From: a virus
Taxonomy: Duplodnaviria > Caudoviricetes
Length of the DNA stretch: 59,753 nt
Strand: one strand, 5' to 3'
IMG/VR virus record: IMGVR_UViG_3300017700_000649
Coordinates: 1-59,753 of that record
The translations under genes and the position numbers were made by a program. Shown one piece after another: positions 45,024 to 53,260 of the stretch (positions are counted from its first letter, which is position 1; the number at the start of each line of letters is the position of its first letter). Below the pieces are notes generated by a model. That model was given only the letters and a program-made list of their open reading frames with translations, made no database searches and was not told the DNA's origin.

Positions 45024-45990
45024 TGCCGGCCCCCTTCGCTTTCATGCGCGCATCAAGCGCCGCCTTCTGCAACTGCCCGACGCTGGACCACGCCAGAACG
45101 CCGTCCTGCATGTACCACAAACCGCCCCAGTTCTTTTTCACGGCATTGGCGAAGTGGCCGGGCCAGTCGGTGTACCGCTTGAATTTTTTGGTCGCGTCCT
45201 CGGTGTAACCCTCTTTGAACACCACCCAGGCCACCTGAACCATTTCGTCGCTGATGCCAGCATCCCGGGCATAGGCCCGGACGTGGTGGTCAGCGGGTAT
45301 CGGCTTCGTGTGGGCTTCCCGGCATTCCTCGAGGTAGGTCGCCAGGGTTTTGTCTTTTCTTTTTTTCTCACCGGGGACAGGGTCTGGCTTGCCAGGCCCC
45401 TCTCCCTTTGGTGTTGGTGTTGGTGTTGGTATTGGTATAGCCGTGCCAGTTTCGTTCCCGGAGACGTTCCCGGTGCGTTCCACTGGAACGGCACTTGGAA
45501 CGGTGTTTTCAGAGGGGGCTGGAACGCCTGGAACGCTTTTGAACGTTCCATCCCAACCACATGAAGTGGCCTTTTCCTGCAATTCCTTCATGCCAATGTC
45601 ATAGGCCGGCACCTCGTCGCGTTCCCGCAGGAACGCAAAAAGGAACGCTCGGCGTTCCCGGTAACGTTCCTTGCGCGTCTTCTCGTGACCATCCTTTTCT
45701 TCGACAGCCTGAACCTTCTCGCGCATCGCCGCTATTTCATCGTCAGCCCGGCTATTGACCCAGCCAGCTTCAGTCAGCCTGAAAAACTCATCCAGGACAG
45801 TCTGAACGGCCGCCCGCTGCACTTCCGACGAAGCCAGCACCAGGCGGCACACCTTCGCCACGTCCACCGGCAGAGGCTTCTCGGTGGTGTAGTAGGTATC
45901 CAGAAGCCTGCGGTAGGCGCAGTCTTCATCCCAGCTCAGGTGCCGGGTGGCGGACAGGTAGTCCCCGATATGAAACGGAAAATAGTTCAC
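45010..45990 (-). CDS. Replication initiator, DUF1376/YdaU family
   Basis: MNYFPFHIGDYLSATRHLS..AYRRLLD.YY; upstream of dnaB. Confidence 0.9.
   Translation of the reverse strand: MNYFPFHIGDYLSATRHLSWDEDCAYRRLLDTYYTTEKPLPVDVAKVCRLVLASSEVQRAAVQTVLDEFFRLTEAGWVNSRADDEIAAMREKVQAVEEKDGHEKTRKERYRERRAFLFAFLRERDEVPAYDIGMKELQEKATSCGWDGTFKSVPGVPAPSENTVPSAVPVERTGNVSGNETGTAIPIPTPTPTPKGEGPGKPDPVPGEKKRKDKTLATYLEECREAHTKPIPADHHVRAYARDAGISDEMVQVAWVVFKEGYTEDATKKFKRYTDWPGHFANAVKKNWGGLWYMQDGVLAWSSVGQLQKAALDARMKAKGAGNDAT
45408..45670. other. Putative replication origin with GGAACG/CGTTCC repeats
   Basis: Dense cluster of GGAACG in both orientations plus a TGGTGT tandem, inside the initiator gene as for lambda ori in O. 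Confidence 0.6.
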
Positions 45991-46286
45991 GCAGCAATTC
46001 CCTCTTGGCGCAGTTCGGCCGCATGCCGCGCGCCCATCACTTGAAAATAGTCAAGGCCGTCATCAATACGCTTTTCAATCGCCGCGGTCATGGCGGCCTG
46101 CTGGGCGGCCGAACGGGATTTGATGGCCTCATCCCGCAGGTGCATGAAGTGCACGGCGCTGTCACGGTCTGCGGGGTCGTGGCGGGCCTCAAAGCGCGCA
46201 TACGCGGCTTCCATGTGCCCGGCCAGGTCTGCGATGTGCATTTCCCGCTCGGCGTCTGTCATTACTGGGGGTGGTGTGGGTTTCAT
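45987..46286 (-). CDS. Hypothetical protein
   Basis: ATGA/GTGA coupled on both sides. Confidence 0.7.
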   Translation of the reverse strand: MKPTPPPVMTDAEREMHIADLAGHMEAAYARFEARHDPADRDSAVHFMHLRDEAIKSRSAAQQAAMTAAIEKRIDDGLDYFQVMGARHAAELRQEGIAA

Positions 46287-46824
46287 GCGGCCTGCTCCAG
46301 GTCAAGGCTGGGCTGCGCACACGGCGCGACAGCGTTGGTCAACGGAACGAAATAGCCCGGAATTCCGCTGGCGCGCAGGGCCGCCGCATTGCTGGGGCCG
46401 TAGGCGATCAGGACGGAAGGAGCACCTGCAGGACCTGCATGCCCCCCCCTGGAAGACGGAATTTGATACGGCCGGCCATGAACAACATGCCGCTGGCGCG
46501 CGGGAAGCACCACTCCTGAAAGGCTTTTGTCTCGGTGGGCGCGAAGATGAGCGCGATGCCGTTGCCATGCTCTGCGCAGCGCTTCAGGAACTTCTCGGCA
46601 TGCGGGCCGTAAGGAGGGTTGCACCACACACGGCCCTGCCATGCGCGGGCCAGGCCGTCATCGGCGATCGTGAACTGCAGCGCGGCGGTGCGCCATGGCT
46701 GGAACTGGCTGGCGCAGGGGTCGAGGTCGAACGCGCCCAGCTTCGCCAGAAGCTCCGGCGGTGTCAGCCAGTCGTGCGTGTTGGCCGTGCTGCCGTCGCC
46801 TGCGGTCTCGAACTGAGTGTTCAC
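46283..46824 (-). pseudogene. Phage N6-adenine methyltransferase, frameshifted at a G8 tract
   Basis: DWLTP..FDLDPC..DGL..WCNPPY in one frame; APSVLIAYG C-terminus in another; shift at 46442-46449. Confidence 0.8.
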
Positions 46825-47018
46825 CGCATGCTCCCGCGCTGAATCTTGCGAGTCTTGTCGGCTGGCTTGACCGTCTCCGTGTTGATGCTGGCGAAGTTGT
46901 TCAGCAGCAGCTGGTTGGTTGCCTTCTTCGGCCCCTTCTTGACGTAGCGCATTTCTGGGTGCTTCGCCAGGATCTCGGAGCCCTGGCCGCGCCAGGAGAA
47001 GGTTGGGTGGAGCTTCAT
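46821..47018 (-). CDS. Hypothetical protein
   Basis: Coupled on both sides. Confidence 0.55.
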   Translation of the reverse strand: MKLHPTFSWRGQGSEILAKHPEMRYVKKGPKKATNQLLLNNFASINTETVKPADKTRKIQRGSMR

Positions 47019-47335
47019 GACTGGGCCCCAAACAAGTCAGGCGTGTTTGGGCAGCGTGGTGCAGGTATCGGCTGGCCTTTTTCGACAAAGCTGATGCAAT
47101 GCACTTCGCCTTTTTCGTCATCAATGCGCCACTCGACGGCCTCGCCACGGAACGACGCGGCGATGATTTCGCACTTCTGGTTGTCGTCGCAGTCTTCAAG
47201 GTCAGCGCCTTCGCTCATGGCCTTGTCGCGTGCGCAGTTGCCGCAGGCGTCCTCAAGGAACGAATAGCCCTCGGTGCCGTTGCTGGGCACCCACTGGCGG
47301 CCGGGCAACAGGCCAGGTGTTGGGATGTAGCTCAT
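47015..47335 (-). CDS. Cys-rich conserved phage protein
   Basis: PSNGTEG..CGNC..RCPNTPDLF. Confidence 0.75.
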   Translation of the reverse strand: MSYIPTPGLLPGRQWVPSNGTEGYSFLEDACGNCARDKAMSEGADLEDCDDNQKCEIIAASFRGEAVEWRIDDEKGEVHCISFVEKGQPIPAPRCPNTPDLFGAQS

Positions 47336-47646
47336 GCTGCACCGCCGCTTTGGTCTTCATTAGGTCCTGTACCAAAGAACTTGTCCCTCATAGACTTGGC
47401 TGCATGGTCAACAACATCGTCGTAAGTCTTCCCGTGAACCTTCAGGTAAATGAAGTTGCGGATCACCTTGGCCGTGTCGCCGCCCGCCTCGCGGCACATG
47501 CGCCTGAAGGCAAGGCCGGTGTCGAGGTCGACGTGGGTTTTCATCGGGTCTTCAAGATTCCCGAACGGCCCGGCAGAGCCGGAGCGGCTGAAAGCAAGGT
47601 CTTCCACGTCGTGGCTGTTGTCAGCTTCATCTTGGGTAGTGGGCAT
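47332..47646 (-). CDS. Small regulator in the CII position
   Basis: Ribbon-helix-helix-like KTHVD..FRRMC..IRNFI; after cro. Confidence 0.6.
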   Translation of the reverse strand: MPTTQDEADNSHDVEDLAFSRSGSAGPFGNLEDPMKTHVDLDTGLAFRRMCREAGGDTAKVIRNFIYLKVHGKTYDDVVDHAAKSMRDKFFGTGPNEDQSGGAA

Positions 47647-47742
47647 GGCTTCGTCTCGATGTTGTTTGCGGGAAAGGAAGTGCCAGCAGCGCCGGCGGAA
47701 AACTCAGGCTGGGTGCGGGCATACGACGCCCTGCCACCCGCT

Positions 47743-47919
47743 TTACGCTCGCTCGGGCTCGAACCGGTGGGCGAAGTAGTCGTCCTGGAACTCTTGGTGC
47801 TCTGGCGTGCCGCTCGGGTGCGGGTTGGCCTCGTGAAGCGGTTCACCGTTTACCGCCGCGATCTGGGCCTGCTCCCGGCGCTGTTCGCGGCTCAGGCTGG
47901 TGAGGTGCTGGATGGACAT
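47743..47919 (-). CDS. 58-aa protein after cro (absent from the ORF track)
   Basis: MSIQHLTSLSREQRREQAQ..ANPHPSGTPEHQEFQDDY; host-like codons. Confidence 0.65.
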   Translation of the reverse strand: MSIQHLTSLSREQRREQAQIAAVNGEPLHEANPHPSGTPEHQEFQDDYFAHRFEPERA

Positions 47920-47922
47920 GGG

Positions 47923-48204
47923 TCAGACCTTTGCGGCCGCAAGGTCGCGCAGCGGGCGACCACCGGAATGGGGCCATGTCTTGTCCTTGACCCGGACCCA
48001 AGTGAATGCCGGGCAGAGCCGTTCAACCTCCACCCTCCCCTCTACCTCGAACTCGATAGCGACGGCTTTGTCGTCAGGAATCGGGCGCTTTTCGGCCATC
48101 CACTGGTTCAACTGGGCCGGCGTGACACCGATCAGCCGAGCCAATTTCGCTTGAGAACCAACGATTTCGCAGGCCTCATCCAAGGGGGTTTTTGGTTTAT
48201 CCAT
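47923..48204 (-). CDS. cro: Cro/YdaS-like repressor
   Basis: GSQAKLARLIGVTPAQLNQW..LCP..W; divergent from cI. Confidence 0.9.
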   Translation of the reverse strand: MDKPKTPLDEACEIVGSQAKLARLIGVTPAQLNQWMAEKRPIPDDKAVAIEFEVEGRVEVERLCPAFTWVRVKDKTWPHSGGRPLRDLAAAKV

Positions 48205-48210
48205 GCGAAT

Positions 48211-48275
48211 ACTGTAGCACCGCTACACGTTTTCATCAAGCCATGCTACAGATTATTTTAGATAGCATCGCTTCA
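48211..48275. promoter_or_regulatory. OR region: three operators and divergent promoters
   Basis: TGTAGC-ACC-GCTACA 48213-27; TCAAGC-CAT-GCTACA 48236-50; GATAGC-ATC-GCTTCA 48261-75; minus-strand TTGATG-N17-TACAGT. Confidence 0.85.
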
Positions 48276-48277
48276 CA

Positions 48278-48967
48278 ATGAAGATGTGGACTCAGGAAGA
48301 GGAAGCGGCAAAGCTGCTAAAGCGGTTCAACGAGCTGAAGCTGCTCGGCGTGGGCCAGGCTCAGTTCGCCCGCGATTTCAAAGTGCCAGGCGGTCCCTCG
48401 ATGCTTAGCCAGCACATAAAAAACCGGCGCCCTCTCAATCTGGAGGCCGCGCTTGCTTACGCGGAAGGGTTTGGCTGCGAGCTTGTGGAAATCAGCCCGC
48501 GCTTGGCGCAAGAGGTGGCCAGCGCCGCGCGTGCGGCCGGCTTGAGCACAGACAAACCATGGCATGGGGCAAACCCTGTCAGCGAAAACAATTCTCAAAT
48601 TGAAACAGACGGTGTTGCGCAAGCCATCGTGGTGCTTCGGGATGCGCTTGGCACGTTGAGCGACGAGGCCCGTGAGACGGCAGCGCTTCTCATGGGCAAG
48701 ATGGCGAGTCAACCTACGGGCACCTGGGCAGAACGGCTAATCGACCTGATGAAGGCCGAACAACTGCAACAAAGTGCATCAAGCGCGGTCGTCAGTTTAG
48801 ACAGGCCGGTTAAACCCTTAATCACTGGGCCTACGGGGGCGACCACAATGAAAAGTGGAAACACCGGTAAAACCAAGCAGCGCCTGACAGAGGGGTTGCT
48901 TTCCCAAAAAGAGGCCCATGATGAACCACGTAAACCTGGACGAATATCGAAAGGAAAGGCTCGCTGA
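48278..48967 (+). CDS. CI-like repressor (HTH, no visible S24 peptidase)
   Basis: QAQFARD..SMLSQHI..RPLNLEAA..YA.GF..EISPRLA. Confidence 0.85.
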   Translation: MKMWTQEEEAAKLLKRFNELKLLGVGQAQFARDFKVPGGPSMLSQHIKNRRPLNLEAALAYAEGFGCELVEISPRLAQEVASAARAAGLSTDKPWHGANPVSENNSQIETDGVAQAIVVLRDALGTLSDEARETAALLMGKMASQPTGTWAERLIDLMKAEQLQQSASSAVVSLDRPVKPLITGPTGATTMKSGNTGKTKQRLTEGLLSQKEAHDEPRKPGRISKGKAR

Positions 48968-49334
48968 ATCGTTTGATGAATTGGCGGCACACGCGAGAGC
49001 CGGCGAGGCCACTGGCTGGACTGGTACGGTGAAGTTTGGCAAAGATGACCACCGACACTACGCGCTCGGCGATTACATCCAGGAGGCAGCAGCCGCGGTG
49101 AGTGAGCTGCAAAGTCTGCAACGCACACTCAAGGGCCTAAAGGCCTATTCTGGGAGTGATGAATCCGATGCCTGCAATCGGTGCAGCCTACATCATCTTG
49201 CATGGCTCCACGGGCCGCCGGTGGATGGCCAGGTCTGTCCAGCCACCCACCGCACCGACCCCGCCAACAAAACGCCCGCGTGCTGCCCACACCAATACGA
49301 CAGCGTCGCCCCAGCCATCAAAACCACCTGTTAG
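48921..49334 (+). CDS. Hypothetical protein in the immunity operon
   Basis: GAGG RBS; overlaps the cI end; followed by a terminator. Confidence 0.6.
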   Translation: MNHVNLDEYRKERLAESFDELAAHARAGEATGWTGTVKFGKDDHRHYALGDYIQEAAAAVSELQSLQRTLKGLKAYSGSDESDACNRCSLHHLAWLHGPPVDGQVCPATHRTDPANKTPACCPHQYDSVAPAIKTTC

Positions 49335-49355
49335 CTAGATTCCCGTCCTTCGACC

Positions 49356-49382
49356 AAAGCCACCACCCGAGGTGGCTTTTTT
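49356..49382 (+). terminator. Intrinsic terminator of the immunity operon
   Basis: AAAGCCACC-ACCCGA-GGTGGCTTTTTT. Confidence 0.85.
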
Positions 49383-49423
49383 GTGCCCGTCTCACCCCAC
49401 TCAGATTTATTTTGCCTATTTCG

Positions 49424-49462
49424 TGTAGCACTGCTTGACATTTAATGTAGCGGTGCTACAGT
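49424..49462 (+). promoter_or_regulatory. pL-like promoter with two operators
   Basis: TTGACA-N16-TACAGT with extended TG; TGTAGC-ACT-GCTTGA 49424-38 and TGTAGC-GGT-GCTACA 49446-60. Confidence 0.85.
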
Positions 49463-49580
49463 AATTCCATCGCTTCAAAAAGCAGAACGAACCCGGCCAG
49501 TCCGCAATTCTGGCCACTACCAACGGAAGGCCCGCGGTGGTTCTAGAGGAATTTCCTCGTAGCTGGATGGGGCGGTTTTC

Positions 49581-49700
49581 GAGCGATGAATAGGACGGCG
49601 GCGCTGAAGGGAGCGCAGTTCGTAATGGCATTTACCAAACACGAACCAAGCCTTGTTGGCTAGTTGGATGTCGAGTTCCAGCCCGTCCTATTCATCGCTC
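49581..49700 (+). ncRNA. Candidate multibranch RNA in the early leader
   Basis: Perfect 18-bp closing stem enclosing 3-4 hairpins. Confidence 0.6.
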
Positions 49701-49726
49701 AGGTCTTAAACCTGGATGGAGAAATC

Positions 49727-50173
49727 ATGACGAATCTGCACGCACCGCAACGCCGCGAAAACGAAACGCGCGAGGGGTACAACGAGCGCCGCAAGGCATC
49801 AAAGCAAGCCGCCCGCGCCACGCGCTTCGGCACACCGAACACCGACCGCTTTGTGCAGTCGACCAATCCTGAAATGCACGGCGTCCGCGCAGCACGCAAG
49901 GCCGCCAAATTCTCCGGCGCGCAGCCCAAGCCGCTCAAGGTACGCGCCCACAAGCCAAAGAAGGCCATCAAGGCGACGTGGCCCACGTCGAAGGACCAGC
50001 TCAAGCAATCGCGCCCCGTGATCGTTGTGCACCCTGTGCGCGCGCTGGGCAAGCTGATGGTCGCCGCCGCAGTGCCCGACAAAGACGGTGTGCGCAGCCT
50101 GACCGATGTCCAGCGCCGCGAACTGCGCGACCTCGGCCACGGCTTCCGGTGCGACATCCCCACTTCGGCCTGA
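49727..50173 (+). CDS. Basic first early protein (N position)
   Basis: GGAG RBS; Arg/Lys-rich. Confidence 0.7.
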   Translation: MTNLHAPQRRENETREGYNERRKASKQAARATRFGTPNTDRFVQSTNPEMHGVRAARKAAKFSGAQPKPLKVRAHKPKKAIKATWPTSKDQLKQSRPVIVVHPVRALGKLMVAAAVPDKDGVRSLTDVQRRELRDLGHGFRCDIPTSA

Positions 50174-50176
50174 GCC

Positions 50177-50482
50177 ATGGCAAACCCCAACGCCCTGCCC
50201 GCATCCTGCTGCTTGGACATCAACACGCAAGCAGGCTTCACCGCCTTCAACAAGGCGCTGTTCGAGTCCCAGCACGAAGCCCATGTCGCTGCAGCGCAGC
50301 GTCGCGCACGGGCTGCTGTGCTCTGGCTGGCAAGCGCATCCGACCCCGAACCGCTGACCGAAGCTGAGCGCACCGAGATTGATTTGGCTGTGGAGCGCTG
50401 GAAGGACAGCGGCGGCCCTCAGATTGACCACGATGCCCGCGCCTTGGCGTTTCAAATGGGTACGCAGTGGAGGTCGTCATGA
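50177..50482 (+). CDS. Hypothetical protein
   Basis: Packed early ORF. Confidence 0.65.
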   Translation: MANPNALPASCCLDINTQAGFTAFNKALFESQHEAHVAAAQRRARAAVLWLASASDPEPLTEAERTEIDLAVERWKDSGGPQIDHDARALAFQMGTQWRSS

Positions 50483-50829
50483 GCGCCGCCCACACCGCCG
50501 GACCGTACACGGTCCACGTCGTGCAGGTCGCCTCACCGCTGATCGCTGCGATGGAGTTGTCCCAGCTCGTCCACGGCACCAAAGGCTTCAGCGGCGTGCT
50601 GCCCATGGTAGTTGCCGCAAACGGGCTGTGCGTGGCTGTCACGGGTTGCGGCCCCGATGGCGAGAAGAACGCCCGCGCATTCTCTGCGATGCCTGATCTT
50701 CTGGCCGCCGCCAGCGAGGCCGAATCGCTCATACCTCATCTGATCGACCTCGACAAAAGTAAGGTTGCCAGCAAGGTGTTGAGCCAGTTGCGCGCCGCTC
50801 TTGCCAAGGCTACGGGAGCAACATCATGA
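50479..50829 (+). CDS. Phage hypothetical protein
   Basis: HTAGPY..NARAFSAMPDLLAA..RAALAKATG motif family. Confidence 0.75.
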   Translation: MSAAHTAGPYTVHVVQVASPLIAAMELSQLVHGTKGFSGVLPMVVAANGLCVAVTGCGPDGEKNARAFSAMPDLLAAASEAESLIPHLIDLDKSKVASKVLSQLRAALAKATGATS

Positions 50830-51146
50830 GCGCCAACCTTGAAGAAGTCGCCGTCTTCAGCAAGCAACTGAAGGAAGCCCGCGAAGCACTCAAAGCCGAA
50901 CGCAAAGTTCTTCATTCGCTGGAAATGAAGAACGGCCAGGACTTTGACACCAACATCACGGTCTGCGGAAAGCGCTTCGCACTGGTCACCATGGGCGCGA
51001 ACTACTACCCAGAGCGCGTCAAGGCACTGGACGTAATTCGGCTAGAGCTGATCAAGTACCAACAGGGCGTTATCCAGTACCACCTCGGGGCCGTAGAAGG
51101 CCTTGAGTTCAAGCTGGCGCAGGCCGCACGGGGAGCTGCAGCATGA
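50826..51146 (+). CDS. Hypothetical protein
   Basis: ATGA-coupled with RBS. Confidence 0.7.
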   Translation: MSANLEEVAVFSKQLKEAREALKAERKVLHSLEMKNGQDFDTNITVCGKRFALVTMGANYYPERVKALDVIRLELIKYQQGVIQYHLGAVEGLEFKLAQAARGAAA

Positions 51147-51400
51147 CCACCCTCGGCCCCGCAATCGGCTGGTACGACCCAGCAACCGGTAAGACCCACT
51201 CTCTGGACCACTACAAGCCAGAGCATGCAAACCACCTGGACAGCCACAAGGCTGGATGGCGGCTTGCGTTTGCGCCTGAGTTGTCCCCACAAATGCCCCC
51301 TGGCGGCTCCCAGACCGGCCCAGTGACATTTAAACCGCTTTGCAACTGTCCTGTGCTGGCATGGGAAGACTGCGAACACACGCGAGGCAATAAGCCATGA
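51143..51400 (+). CDS. Hypothetical protein
   Basis: ATGA-coupled. Confidence 0.65.
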   Translation: MTTLGPAIGWYDPATGKTHSLDHYKPEHANHLDSHKAGWRLAFAPELSPQMPPGGSQTGPVTFKPLCNCPVLAWEDCEHTRGNKP

Positions 51401-51909
51401 ACGACAACACGTTCGGCACCGCCAAGTTCAAGAAGAAGCTGCCGAAATTCAGCGACTGGCTCTTGAAGGCTGGCGCGGAGATTCTCGCTACCACCAATGA
51501 GTTTGAGATTTTGCGGTTCAGGCACGGCGACAAAACCAGCGTGATCTACACCAACGCGAAGGGCGTCTTCAACTTCGCTGCTTGCGACAAAGACCCGCTG
51601 AACTGCTTCCTGGAGGGCCGTGCGTGGTCTGCTGGCTGCAAGACGAAACGCACCGCCTCCGGCTATCGGACCCGCGACGTGCGCGCCCTTCTTGTGAGGG
51701 ACGGCCCGAACTGCTTCCTTTGCGGATTTCCGCTTGAGAGCGACGCGACCATTGAGCACCTTGTCCCGCTGTCGGCTGGTGGCCCGAACCACCTTGCCAA
51801 TTACGCCCTGGCGCACTCGCGCTGCAACGGTCTCATGGGCTCGAAGTCACTCATGGAAAAGATTCGCCTTCGTGAGCATCACCAGAACTGGGAAGGGACA
51901 TCGCAATGA
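51397..51909 (+). CDS. HNH endonuclease
   Basis: RDGPNCFLCG..TIEHLVPLSAGG..N..LAHSRCN. Confidence 0.9.
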   Translation: MNDNTFGTAKFKKKLPKFSDWLLKAGAEILATTNEFEILRFRHGDKTSVIYTNAKGVFNFAACDKDPLNCFLEGRAWSAGCKTKRTASGYRTRDVRALLVRDGPNCFLCGFPLESDATIEHLVPLSAGGPNHLANYALAHSRCNGLMGSKSLMEKIRLREHHQNWEGTSQ

Positions 51910-52034
51910 AAACTTTTATCGTTCGAATTCCCGGCTACCGCCTGACCGTCTCCGCGCCCAGCGTGTGGGATGCGATAGATCAGGTGCGCGCCAAGTTCCC
52001 TCTTGCCCGTGGTGGCTCAGCGAGGCCCGCATGA
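51906..52034 (+). CDS. 42-aa hypothetical protein
   Basis: MKTFIVRIPG..SVWDAI; ATGA overlaps at both ends. Confidence 0.6.
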   Translation: MKTFIVRIPGYRLTVSAPSVWDAIDQVRAKFPLARGGSARPA

Positions 52035-52147
52035 ACGCTCGCCGCCAGCGTTTCAAAACCGTCCACGAGAAGAACTGGACGCCGTTCAGCACCCTCGTGT
52101 TGCTGCTCTGTTTCGTGGTGGCGCCTTCGCTGGCCCACCTGCTCTGA
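52031..52147 (+). CDS. 38-aa single-TM peptide
   Basis: GAGG RBS; LVLLLCFVVAPSLAHLL. Confidence 0.55.
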   Translation: MNARRQRFKTVHEKNWTPFSTLVLLLCFVVAPSLAHLL

Positions 52148-52156
52148 AGGGTCATC

Positions 52157-52549
52157 ATGAACTGGGTACTCGCACTCTTGATCTGGGTCGTCATCAGCCT
52201 TCTCGCTGGAGCGGGTTTCGCTTTCGTGATGACCCGCCACAACACCCGCCGCATGCGCACTGCCGACGAAAAGCAGATAGACCGCGAGACGGCGGCTATC
52301 CAGCGCAACGCCCGCAGCACCAGCTCCGCGCCTCACATCGTGGAAACCCCGAACGTGCGCAGCCTCTGCAAAGAGCGCGCCCGCCAGGCCGGCCGCCACG
52401 CTGCACGCATAGAAGACATCACCGGCCAGAAGGCTGTGAACCCCTACCGCGCCAACGATCCAGGCTATGTCGAGTTCGCCATCGCCATGGCCGAAATGCA
52501 CCAGCAGATGGCCGAAGAGCGCTGCCCTTTCAATCAATTTAACCACTGA
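52157..52549 (+). CDS. Membrane-anchored hypothetical protein
   Basis: N-terminal TM; NPY motif. Confidence 0.7.
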   Translation: MNWVLALLIWVVISLLAGAGFAFVMTRHNTRRMRTADEKQIDRETAAIQRNARSTSSAPHIVETPNVRSLCKERARQAGRHAARIEDITGQKAVNPYRANDPGYVEFAIAMAEMHQQMAEERCPFNQFNH

Positions 52550-52558
52550 GGAAACACC

Positions 52559-52996
52559 ATGGATACCCCTTACAACGGCGGCCCTGCCTTTCCCGTCCCC
52601 GGCCTGCAGCATGACGATGGCTTCAATGGCATGACCCTGCGCCAGTACTTTGCCGGGAAGCTGATGCACGCCGAGCTCATGACATGCGGCGTTCCCGGAG
52701 AGGCATGCGATGCCTTGGTGCAGGCCGCTGCTGACAAAGGCATGGACCCCATCGACCTGATGGCCCAGAACTCCATGGACGGCGCCGACGCGCTCATCCG
52801 TGCCAGCGCCAACCCTCCGCAGCGCGTCGTGGTGCCGTTCGATCCATCGACGCTGACCACTGGCGAGCTGGACGCCATGGAACGCATGACCTGGTGGACG
52901 CATTTCAGCGATCTGCCAGCAGACATCAAAGAGCGGGCGACTAAAAGCGCCGAGTACCTGAAAGCCGTCGGTGAAGACGACGGCATCCCCTTCTAA
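52559..52996 (+). CDS. Conserved phage protein
   Basis: GGPAFP..GMTLRQYFA..ADALI. Confidence 0.8.
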   Translation: MDTPYNGGPAFPVPGLQHDDGFNGMTLRQYFAGKLMHAELMTCGVPGEACDALVQAAADKGMDPIDLMAQNSMDGADALIRASANPPQRVVVPFDPSTLTTGELDAMERMTWWTHFSDLPADIKERATKSAEYLKAVGEDDGIPF

Positions 52997-53020
52997 AACC
53001 AATCACCACTGAGGAAAACC

Positions 53021-53260
53021 ATGAACGCCGCAATGACCACCCGCGCCATCTACGCGCGCCACACCGACACCAAAGGCAAGAGTTTTGTCGCCGAGCATGT
53101 CGTGTGGAAAGACGATGAAACCGATGGCGCCGACCTGTTCATGGCCGCCCGCCAGCGCGAGACGGCAAAGCTGAACGCCGAGTCCAAAGAGGCGACCGAG
53201 CGCAAGGCCAAGGTCGAACAGATCACCCACGAAACCTACCTGAAGGAACGCACCAAATGA
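53021..53260 (+). CDS. Hypothetical protein
   Basis: GAGG RBS; coupled to recT. Confidence 0.7.
   Translation: MNAAMTTRAIYARHTDTKGKSFVAEHVVWKDDETDGADLFMAARQRETAKLNAESKEATERKAKVEQITHETYLKERTK

Noticed and set aside
46408-47199. 263-aa methyltransferase as given in the ORF track
   Set aside because: The N-terminal extension overlaps two coupled genes; the likely start is GTG 46824
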